Source of the DNA: Myxococcota bacterium
GTDB taxonomy: Bacteria > Myxococcota_A > Polyangia > Polyangiales > Sandaracinaceae
Length of the DNA: 64,000 bases
NCBI GenBank assembly: GCA_036149055.1
Contig: JAYZQJ010000038.1
Location: 1-64,000 of the forward strand
Direction of reading: 5' to 3'
The translations under genes were made by a program, and so were the position numbers. The notes below the pieces were generated by a model. It was given only the letters and a program-made list of their open reading frames with translations, had not been told where the DNA came from and searched no databases. Positions 51,919-61,200 of this stretch are shown piece by piece; within the stretch, counting starts at the first letter, position 1; every line of letters begins with the position of its first letter.

Positions 51919-52159
51919 TGAGGAGTGCCCGCACCAAAGTCCGAGCTGTGCCTGGATGGAGGCACAGGCGGCCCGCCCGGAGGGGCGGGACGTTGACAGT
52001 GCGGTGACGATGGCGCTTACTTCGCCGCCCTCAGGGGCGTGCGGGGTCGCGCACGGAGTCGGCGTGCGGTCATCGAGACGGCGGCGCCGCGGGCAGAAGG
52101 CCCTCGGAGAGGTGAGGCCGGCGAGCCGGTCTTGCCGCGAAGCTAGGGAGAAACGTTCG

Positions 52160-53614
52160 GTGAAGAACGCAACGACGAAGTGGATCGCGTGGCTGGGAGT
52201 GTTGCTCCTCTGGGGCAGCTCCATCGGCACGGGGTTCGCGCAGGACGGCGAGGACGCCGTCACGGACGAGACCGCCGAGGAGGCCCCGTCGGAGGGTGAG
52301 GCGGAGGACGCGGACGCCACCGACGAGGCGAGCGAGGCCACGGAAGCCGAGGCGACGGACGCCGAGGAGCCCGAGCCCGCGGAGGAGCCGGCCGAGGCCG
52401 ACCCCAACCTCGAGTTCGACGACGAGCCCGCCACGGAGGAGGCCTCGAGCGGCCTCGCGGATCCGGAGAGCGAGCTCGAGCCCGGCGACCTCGACGACCC
52501 GAGCGACGCCGAGGAGGCCGGAGAGGCCGCAGAGGCGGAGGCCGAGGAAGCCGAGGAGTCGAGCGCCCCGGCGCCCCTCCCCTGGCGCAGCTCCTTCTTC
52601 ACCTGGACCAACCAGGCGACCTTCAACAGCTTCTACCGCGGCGGCCAGCTCAGCTACGACCCGACCTACCAGCAGGCCTTCAGCCTCTCGCCCCGCTGGT
52701 ACGTGGCGCCGATGACCTTCTTCTGGGCGAACGTCTCGCTCAACCTCGAGGTCACCGACACCAACGGGAACGCGCTCAACCGCGACCCGCAGATCGCCGA
52801 CCCGGTGGTCGAGCTCCGGCACATGATCCCCTGGGAAGGGTTCATCATCATCGGCCAGGCGCGCCTCGGCTTCCCGCTCAGCAAGACGAGCCAGGCGTCG
52901 CAGCGCTACCTGCAGACCGGCCTCGGCACGACCATCGTGCGCGTGGTGCCGGAGATCAACCTGACGATCGCCGGCCTCTTCGCCTACCGCCGCTGGTGGG
53001 CGGGCAGCAACGTCATCCAGACCGGTGAGGGTCAGCCCGACGACTGCGGCGGCGTGCAGGCCCCGACGGCCGGCGGCGGCGCGCCCGAGATCGGCGCCAC
53101 CTTCTGCGACCAGCTCGGCACCTCGAGCGCGGCCCGCGACATCATCCTCGCCGGCGTCTCGCTCACGATGACGCCCTTCGGCGGCTTCTCGATCAACGCC
53201 TCGGCGTTCGTCTTCAACACCTACAACTACGAGCTGGCGGACTTCGTCGACGACGACGGCCTGGTCATCACCAACCCCGAGGACGAGCCGCTCCGCATCC
53301 CGGACCAGAGCCGCACGCACTGGCGCAACTTCACCTACTTCGCGGTGTCGGTCGCCTACCAGTTCCTGCCCTGGCTCAACGTCTCGCTCGGCGTGCAGAA
53401 CAGCGGCTTCCTCGCCTCGGCCTACAACCCCGACGGCAGCATCCGGAACCCGCTCGTCACGCCCGACACCCAGGTGTTCCTGAGCGCCACCTTCGGCCTC
53501 GACACGCTCTACACCGAGCTCTTCGTGGGCGCCGAGGACAACCTCACGCCGGAAGAGCGGCAGCGCCGCCAGCAGGGCCTCGCCCGCGGCCAGAGCGTCG
53601 GAGGGAGCTTCTGA
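52160..53614 (+). CDS. Secreted protein with a long acidic N-terminal linker and a putative outer-membrane beta-barrel
   Basis: GGGAG RBS, signal peptide ending GFA-Q, ~100-aa E/D/A-rich stretch, alternating aromatic beta-strand-like segments, C-terminal Phe. Confidence 0.7.
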   Translation: MKNATTKWIAWLGVLLLWGSSIGTGFAQDGEDAVTDETAEEAPSEGEAEDADATDEASEATEAEATDAEEPEPAEEPAEADPNLEFDDEPATEEASSGLADPESELEPGDLDDPSDAEEAGEAAEAEAEEAEESSAPAPLPWRSSFFTWTNQATFNSFYRGGQLSYDPTYQQAFSLSPRWYVAPMTFFWANVSLNLEVTDTNGNALNRDPQIADPVVELRHMIPWEGFIIIGQARLGFPLSKTSQASQRYLQTGLGTTIVRVVPEINLTIAGLFAYRRWWAGSNVIQTGEGQPDDCGGVQAPTAGGGAPEIGATFCDQLGTSSAARDIILAGVSLTMTPFGGFSINASAFVFNTYNYELADFVDDDGLVITNPEDEPLRIPDQSRTHWRNFTYFAVSVAYQFLPWLNVSLGVQNSGFLASAYNPDGSIRNPLVTPDTQVFLSATFGLDTLYTELFVGAEDNLTPEERQRRQQGLARGQSVGGSF

Positions 53615-53793
53615 TGGCGCGATTCACCCCGAACTGCCGCGGCTCCCGCGGCGTAATGCCCGACGCGTCCCGCCTCTCTTGCAGGGGTTCGGGATCGCAT
53701 CACCTTGTGACGGTTTCTGCCCGGGGACGTATTCCCGCGGCGGACGATGGATTTGGTCTGCGGACTTCAGAGGATCGGTTGGAGGCTCCCACG

Positions 53794-56700
53794 ATGAGGC
53801 GACTCGGAAACATGCTCGCGCTGCTCGGCGCGATCGCCGCGCTGGCGGTGGGCTGCGGTGACCCGCAGCCCCCGGTGAACCGCGTCGGCGTGAACGTCGT
53901 CGAGAAGAGCGCGTTCACGGGGTCCTGGTACATGCACCAGACCATCATCGACATGGAGTACGAGGGCGCGCCCACGGGCTTCGTCGGCGCGAACGCCGGC
54001 GACAGCACGGGCGGCTTCCTCGGCTTCAGCCTCCCGCGGATCCGCTGGGTCATCGACGAGAACTTCCTCTACGCCTACCGCGACTACGAGACCGTCGGCG
54101 ACCCCGATGACCCCTTCGCGGTCCGCGGCGACGAGGACGAGGACTACCTCGGCCAGCCGGTCGCGGCGTTCCGCATCGAGAGCCACTTCGACATTCGCCG
54201 CACCTACAACACGGTGACCGGCGAAGAGCAGAACGTGGTCGTCGAGAACACCACCGACCGCCACTGGTACGAGCGCCAGTTCATGCGCGTCGACTGGTCG
54301 CAGAACCTCGTCAACCCGACCTTCGAGGCGGGCGGCGGGTTCGTCGGCGCCGACTCCGCGCCGATGTTCGTCCAGGACGAGTCGCTCTTCCCGGCCGAGT
54401 ACCGCCCGCAGTTCCACTTCATGAGCTGTGACGGCATGGAGGACGAGGCCTGCGACAGCGACGACCTCGACTACGCCATGGATTACGACCAGGGCGACAT
54501 GTACAGCTTCAGCTTCGTCAACCAGGCGCTGCTGCGGCCGGCTCAGATCCCGTTCTTCGGCTTCCTCTGCCGCTGGAGCGACGACGTCGAGAACTTCTTC
54601 CCGAGCGCCCCCGAGTGCGCGACGGTCAGCATCTTCATCCGCACCAGCTTCCTGCGGGTGAGCGACCGCCACGACTACGAGGCGGTGGGCTGGACCCACG
54701 ACCGCTTCAACCGCGCCGGGTACTTCGCCCTCGACCGGACCACCTACGACCGCTCGAACGGCGCGGGTGACCCGAGCTACGGCGTGACCGACTTCACCAA
54801 CCAGTCGACCAACCGCCACAACATCTGGCTCCGCTGGTTCGAGCGCGACGCCGAGGGCAACATCGTGCGCGACGACGCCGGCCGCCCGGTGCTCCTCCCC
54901 TACGAGGAGCGCGGCACCCGGCAGATCGCGTGGTACGCGAGCCGCGAGGTCCCCGCGCACCTGATCAAGTCGAGCTACGAGGTCGCCAGCGAGTGGAACC
55001 ACACCTTCATGCAGATGGTGCGGAACCTGAAGGGCGACGCGCTCCCCGAGTACGCGCCGGTCTCCTGCCAGACCGACGACCCGGGCGGCTACTGCTACTG
55101 CCAGGAGCACCCGGAGACGGGCGAGGTCCTGAACCCGACCTGCGCGGGCCGCTACGACCCGTTCGAGTCCCCCGACGACGCGCGTGCGCGCATCACCTCG
55201 GGTGAGCCCTACGACTGCTACGTCGCCACGGTCGACGAGGCGGGCAACGTGGTCGGCGACGCGATGGCCAACGAGCCCGACTACAACAACCTCGGCCTCA
55301 GCGACTCCGACTTCAACTCGTGGTTCGACACCGCGATGGTCGGCAGCGAGTGCGTGAACGTGCTCCGCATGAACACCTGCAACCTCGCCAACCAGGACGA
55401 GTGGGAGAACCTCGACTGCCAGAACCGCGGCGACGTTCGCTTCAAGCTCCTCAGCTACGTCGACCAGCCCGGCACGCCCTTCCTCGGCGTGGCGCAGCTC
55501 CGCGGTGACCCCCTCACCGGTCGCGTGGTCACCGGCGACGCCAACATCGGCGGCCCGGCGATGCAGACCCAGCGCACCCGCGCGCTCGAGGCCTACGACC
55601 TCATCAACGGCAACATCACCGAGCAGGAGTACTACACGGGCCAGGACGTCCGTGCGTACCTCGAGTCGATCGGCGCCGGCTCCTTCAACCCGACGCCCCG
55701 CATCGACTTCCGTCAGGCCGCGCACGGCGCCGGGCTGGCGGTCAACCCGTCCTTCCGGGCGGGCATGAACTCCGTGATGGACCGCGCGTGGGACCGCGCC
55801 CAGGTGCTCGAGGGCGCCGAGGGCCGGGCCGCCATCTACAGCGACCGCCTCCACGCGCTCGCCGGCACCGACATCGAGCGGCGTCTGATGGCGGGCCAGG
55901 ACGCCTTCGCGATGGCCGGCTTCGACCACCTCCCGGAGGGCATGTCGCCCGACCTCCCGACCGACGAGGCCGTCTCGGCGATCTCGCCGTTCCAGGTCGA
56001 CTTCGGTGAGCGGTACATGGAGATGCAGGACCACCAGCTCCGCATGGGCCTGCAGAACATGATCCTGCCGAACAACTACACGGACGACTCGGTCCTGTCC
56101 TTCGTGAACCAGCACCGCGACTGGTCGCGCGTCCGCGTCGAGTTCGAGCTGAACCGCCGCCTCTACCGCGACACGCAGGTCCACGAGCTCGGCCACTGCC
56201 TCGGCCTCCGCCACCACTTCGGCGGCACCGCGGACCCGGGCAACTACTTCGACGGCTACTACACCATCAACGAGCGCTTCCCGGTCCCGGAGCCCCGCGA
56301 CTTCGACACCGACGGCACGGTGGGCCTCAGCCCGACCGAGCAGATCGCGTTCGAGGACGCGTACGAGGAGGCGGTCCGCCTCCGCGAGCTCGCCGGCATC
56401 GACCAGTGGTCGAACAGCTCGGTGATGGACTACACGCCGAACTGGTACCAGCGCATCAACGGCGCCGGCTACCACGACTTCATGGCCATCAGCTTCGGCT
56501 ACGGCGACGTCGTGGACATCTACGACAACACCGTGGCGGCCGACGGCACGGCCCGCGCGCCGCTCCCCCTCGACGCCCTGACGCCGGTCAACACCATGCG
56601 TCGCGGAGTGAAGTACTACCACGGCGGCGAGACCTGCGAGTCCGACGCGCAGTGCCCCTACGCGGCCACCGGCTCGCGCTCCGGGGAGCTCCTCCAGACC

Positions 56701-58218
56701 AACCTGGACTCGGGCCTCACCCAGCGCTGCGTGCCCTCGGCTCGCACGGACGGCCTCAACGTCTGCTCGAACTTCGACGACGACGCCCGCGCGCTGGCCG
56801 ACGCCGGCAGCACCTGGGTGCCGGTCGAGTACTTCTACTGCGAGGACATCCGCTCGAGCACGCGGAGCCTCCCGGGCTGCGCGGTCTTCGACGAGGGTGA
56901 CTCGTTCCGCGAGATCGTGCGCAACCAGGTCGCGTCCTACGAGCGCGACTACATCTTCAGCGCCTTCCGCCGGTTCCGCCGCCGCTTCAGCGTCGGCAAC
57001 TACTTCGGTCGGCTCATCCGGTTCCTCGACCCGCTCCTCGGGATCTACCAGAACCTGATCTACCGCTACGGCGCCGACCCGGCGTTCCGCGAGCAGGAGG
57101 GCGCGTTCGGCTTCACCGACGAGTTCCTCGCGACCGCGGACACCATGAACTTCTTCGCGCGCCTCCTCGCTCAGCCCTCCATCGGCTCCTACACCTACAA
57201 CGCGGGGTGGGACCGGTACGAGCTGACGAGCCTCGACGCCGAGCCCGACGCCCAGTTCGTCGTGCCCTTCGGCGAGGGCCGCTACCTGAACTCGGTCTAC
57301 CAGACGGGCCTCTCGGGCATCTGGCGCATCGAGCGGATCGGGTCGATCTACGACGCGATCATCGCGATGCAGCTGATGACCTTCCGCGGCCTCTCGCCCT
57401 TCTACGGGTCGGACGTCGTCTTCCAGACGAACTTCTACGACATCTTCCCGAACGAGATTCAGCAGATCTTCACCGGGATGATCGCGGCGCGCCCCGAGGA
57501 GTACATGCCTCGCCTCTCCGGCTGCAGCGGGGCCTCGCGCCGCTGCCCCGAGGGTCGCGTGGTCTTCATGGACTTCTACCGCGGCAACTGCTTCCCCGAC
57601 GAAGACGGCGTGGTGGACCCGACCCAGTGTCGTCCGCCCACCGACGTGACCTACCAGGACCTCGACGTGCTGAACGGTGGCACGCGCTTCTTCCTGCAGT
57701 CGTACGCGGCCATCTTCAGCCTCGCGAACTTCCCCATCTACTACGACACGACCTTCCAGAATCAGATGTTCCTCTGCGTGGAAGGCCAAGGGGACTGCAA
57801 CCGGCCGTCGCCGGGCTCCGTGGAGGGCGTCGACTACGTCCGCCACACGAGCACGCGCTTCGGCAAGACCTTCATCGCCTGGCAGGTCGACCCGCAGGAG
57901 GGCGTCGCCGAGCAGACCTCCATCGCCTTCGCGATGGTCAAGGAGGCTCGCGACTCCGCCTTCATCGTCGAGATGCTGCAGAAGTACCGCGGCGACGAGG
58001 GTGGCACCCCCTACGACATCGGGAACCTCACCGCCGCCGAGCAGGCGGAGCTCGCCGCCATCGGCTACGAGCTGCCGGCTGACGGGGACGTCGACTTCGA
58101 GATCGACCGCCTCGACAGCCGCCTCCGCAGCCTCGAGGGCTTCTTCTTCTACGTCGTGCAGCTGGAGCGGTTCTACGGAATCGAGTTCCCGGCGATCTAC
58201 ACCCGTCCGGAGATCTAG
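53794..58218 (+). CDS. Giant lipoprotein zinc metalloprotease (metzincin, EcxA/DUF4953-like), paralog 1
   Basis: GGAGG RBS, lipobox AVG-C, HELGHCLGLRHH, Met-turn SSVMDY, Cys-rich inserts, RVDWSQN. Confidence 0.88.
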   Translation: MRRLGNMLALLGAIAALAVGCGDPQPPVNRVGVNVVEKSAFTGSWYMHQTIIDMEYEGAPTGFVGANAGDSTGGFLGFSLPRIRWVIDENFLYAYRDYETVGDPDDPFAVRGDEDEDYLGQPVAAFRIESHFDIRRTYNTVTGEEQNVVVENTTDRHWYERQFMRVDWSQNLVNPTFEAGGGFVGADSAPMFVQDESLFPAEYRPQFHFMSCDGMEDEACDSDDLDYAMDYDQGDMYSFSFVNQALLRPAQIPFFGFLCRWSDDVENFFPSAPECATVSIFIRTSFLRVSDRHDYEAVGWTHDRFNRAGYFALDRTTYDRSNGAGDPSYGVTDFTNQSTNRHNIWLRWFERDAEGNIVRDDAGRPVLLPYEERGTRQIAWYASREVPAHLIKSSYEVASEWNHTFMQMVRNLKGDALPEYAPVSCQTDDPGGYCYCQEHPETGEVLNPTCAGRYDPFESPDDARARITSGEPYDCYVATVDEAGNVVGDAMANEPDYNNLGLSDSDFNSWFDTAMVGSECVNVLRMNTCNLANQDEWENLDCQNRGDVRFKLLSYVDQPGTPFLGVAQLRGDPLTGRVVTGDANIGGPAMQTQRTRALEAYDLINGNITEQEYYTGQDVRAYLESIGAGSFNPTPRIDFRQAAHGAGLAVNPSFRAGMNSVMDRAWDRAQVLEGAEGRAAIYSDRLHALAGTDIERRLMAGQDAFAMAGFDHLPEGMSPDLPTDEAVSAISPFQVDFGERYMEMQDHQLRMGLQNMILPNNYTDDSVLSFVNQHRDWSRVRVEFELNRRLYRDTQVHELGHCLGLRHHFGGTADPGNYFDGYYTINERFPVPEPRDFDTDGTVGLSPTEQIAFEDAYEEAVRLRELAGIDQWSNSSVMDYTPNWYQRINGAGYHDFMAISFGYGDVVDIYDNTVAADGTARAPLPLDALTPVNTMRRGVKYYHGGETCESDAQCPYAATGSRSGELLQTNLDSGLTQRCVPSARTDGLNVCSNFDDDARALADAGSTWVPVEYFYCEDIRSSTRSLPGCAVFDEGDSFREIVRNQVASYERDYIFSAFRRFRRRFSVGNYFGRLIRFLDPLLGIYQNLIYRYGADPAFREQEGAFGFTDEFLATADTMNFFARLLAQPSIGSYTYNAGWDRYELTSLDAEPDAQFVVPFGEGRYLNSVYQTGLSGIWRIERIGSIYDAIIAMQLMTFRGLSPFYGSDVVFQTNFYDIFPNEIQQIFTGMIAARPEEYMPRLSGCSGASRRCPEGRVVFMDFYRGNCFPDEDGVVDPTQCRPPTDVTYQDLDVLNGGTRFFLQSYAAIFSLANFPIYYDTTFQNQMFLCVEGQGDCNRPSPGSVEGVDYVRHTSTRFGKTFIAWQVDPQEGVAEQTSIAFAMVKEARDSAFIVEMLQKYRGDEGGTPYDIGNLTAAEQAELAAIGYELPADGDVDFEIDRLDSRLRSLEGFFFYVVQLERFYGIEFPAIYTRPEI

Positions 58219-58277
58219 GAGTGGACATGGAATCGACGCGCACTTCTCAGAATCACCGGAACAGGCAGGACTCAGCC

Positions 58278-61200
58278 ATGGATCACGGAGCCAACAAGAT
58301 GCGGATCACCCGCCACGGACTGCTCGGAGCGCTCGTGCTCGCCCTCGGGAGCCTCTCCCTCGGCGTGGCGGGCTGCGCCGAGCCCGGCCCGGACATCAAC
58401 CGCGTCCAGACCAACCTCGTCGACAAGAGCATCTTCGAGGGTGAGTGGTGGTACACGCGCACCGTCGCCGACATCGACGACGACGCGTCCTGGGCCATCA
58501 ACGGCGCCGGCGCCGGCGCCCCCTGGCCCGGCGCGACCGCCAACTTCGACATCGCCTCGCGCTCCGGCATCATGGGCCGGATCCGCTGGGTCATCGACGA
58601 GGACTTCCTCTACGCCTACCGCTCGCACGAGATCATCTTCGGCGGCGCGGAGGACGCGGACGAGGACGGCTACCTCGGTCAGCCGCTCGCGGTCTTCCCG
58701 ATCACCGGCCACGTGGACGTCCGGCGCGAGTACAGCGCGATCACCGGTGAGCCCACCAACGTGATCAGCGAGAGCCAGGACCGCCGCTGGTACGACCGTC
58801 AGTACCTGCGCGTCGACTGGTCGCAGAACCTGGTGACCTTCGGCCTCTTCGGCGCCAGCCTCGAGCTCAACGAGTTCTTCGGCCAGTTCCGCCGCGAGCC
58901 GGTCACCAACTTCGTCCAGGAGGGCGGCGACTCCCGCATCCCCGACAGCTGGCGCCCGACCTTCGTCCGCATCGGCGACGACCCGGAGTACCGCTTCTAC
59001 GACGAGTGGCCCACCGAGCAGCACGACGACGTCCACTACATGTCGTTCGTCACCAACGAGCTCTGGACCCCGACGAACTGCCCGAGCGACGTCTGCCAGA
59101 CGTCGATCCGGATCAGCATCCGCAACTCGTTCCTGCGCGTGCCGCCGAACCACCAGTACGCGGCCGAGTCGCTCGAGAACGACGAGTACGACCGCTTCGG
59201 CATCATCCGCACCGAGGCCCGCACCTACATCCGTGGCGGCGAGGATCGCTCCGAGCTCAGCACCTACTGTGACGCTCGCGCGGTCGCGACCTGCACCTTC
59301 GACGACGACTGCGGCACCGGCGGCTCCTGTGACTTCGGCGCCGACGGCGTGGGTCGCTGCGTCGCGGGCACCATGGAGGACGTCGACGACTGCGGCGTGG
59401 GCGTGATGGCGGACTACGCCACCGGCCGCTGCCAGAACGACATCGACGCCGAGTGCGGTCCCGGCCTCTGCAACATGGACACGCACCTCTGCCAGGGCGG
59501 CCTGACCCCCGAGTACGGGGAGACGGACTTCCTCGCCTACTGGCGCCTGCGTCACAACTTCTACGCCCGCTCGCTCGCGGCCGCGGACGACCCCCGTCAC
59601 ACCGGCGGTCGCTGCGTCGCGGACTGGCAGTGCGACAACCGCCACGGCACCGTCGACACCGGCGCGCTCATGAGCAGCGCGTGGGTCGGTGAGCTCAGCT
59701 CGATGCTCGAGCGCGAGGTCACCCCCGGCGACCTGCTCGCGGGCTCGACCTGTGACCCGGCGGCGTCCCGCTGCACCATCCCGCTCCGCACCCGCCCGGC
59801 GCGGCCCGTGGACTACTACCTCAACCCGCACTTCCCGCAGCACCTCGTGCGCACCTCCATGGAGGTCGTGTCGCAGTGGAACGACGGGTTCATGCAGGGC
59901 AACCGTGAGCTCCACGGCCAGGCCCTCCCGACCGGCGCGCCCGTCGCCTGCCAGTCGGAGAACCCGGTGGACTACTGCTTCTGCGCCGCCGACGGCAGCC
60001 TCAAGTCGCCGGAGGTCCGGGCGGACGACACCTGCGCCCACCGCTCCAACTACTTCGTCCCGCCGGAGGCGCGCGGCGAGGAGAACCCGTACGACTGCTG
60101 GGTCGCGATCGTGGGCGCCGACGGCACCCCGACCACCGACGAGGGCATCAACCCCGCCAACCCGACCAGCCACGCCGACTACAGCGACGAGGTCTACCGC
60201 TACGCGTTCGTGGGCGACGAGTGCATGCTCCGCCTCAACGTCAACAGCTGTGACGTCCCGGTCGCCGACGGCGAGGACCCCGCCCCGTGTGAGGAGCTCG
60301 GTGACATCCGTTACCAGTTCTACAACTACGCGACCGGCGCCGGCGCCGGCTGGTGTGGCGTGATGCAGCAGATGTCCGACCCGACCAACGGCGAGGCCAT
60401 CAGCATCCCGATCAACATGGGCGAGCTCTGCGAGGACCGCATCGCCACGAACGCGCTCGACCTCTGGCCGGTCCTTCGCGGCGAGATCGACGAGAGCTCG
60501 CTGTTCACCGGTGAGAACGTCCGCGGCTACTACGAGCGCCTCGGCAACGTGCACGTGCCCGTCGGCCTCGCGCCGGCCATCAACGGCAACGAGTACACCC
60601 CCGGCGACCTCGGCCGCCCGACCGGTCTCGCGGCCCAGGGCCTCTCGACCCGGCTGAACGACCACCTCAACGACGTGTTCAGCGAGATGGCGCCCCGCTT
60701 CGAGGCGCTCCGCGCTGGCAACGAGGGTCGCGCGCAGATCATGAGCGACCGCCTCCGGAACCTCGCCGGCACGCAGATCGAGCGTCGCCTGGTCGAGGGC
60801 ATGGCGGCGGAGGGCTTCGGCGGTCTCGCCGACTCCAACCCGCTCATGGCGCTCAACATGGAGACGCAGGGCCTGACCCGTCCGGACTCGGCGACGATGC
60901 TCGAGCAGCTCTCGCCCTTCCGCGACAACTTCCAGCAGCTCCTCACCCAGGATCACATGCGGGAGATGGCGTTCGCCGAGAACCACATCTACTACCCCCG
61001 CGACGCGATCTTCACGTCTCGCTACAACCAGTACTGGGCCAACGCCTTCGCGGGCCGCCCGTACGAAGAGGCGCACATCCGCTGGCGTCAGGCCTTCCAC
61101 CGCGCGGTCATGCTCCACGAGCTCGGCCACGGTCTCGGCCTCGAGCACAACTTCGCGGCCAGCTACGACCGCGACCACTACCACGACGGCTACTTCAACC

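Noticed and set aside
51993..52022. TTGACA as a sigma70 -35 element
   Set aside because: No convincing TAnnnT -10 at 16-18 nt spacing
53653..53677. GTAA upstream of metalloprotease 1 as another CorE-type promoter
   Set aside because: The sequence 17 nt downstream is CTCT, not CGTC
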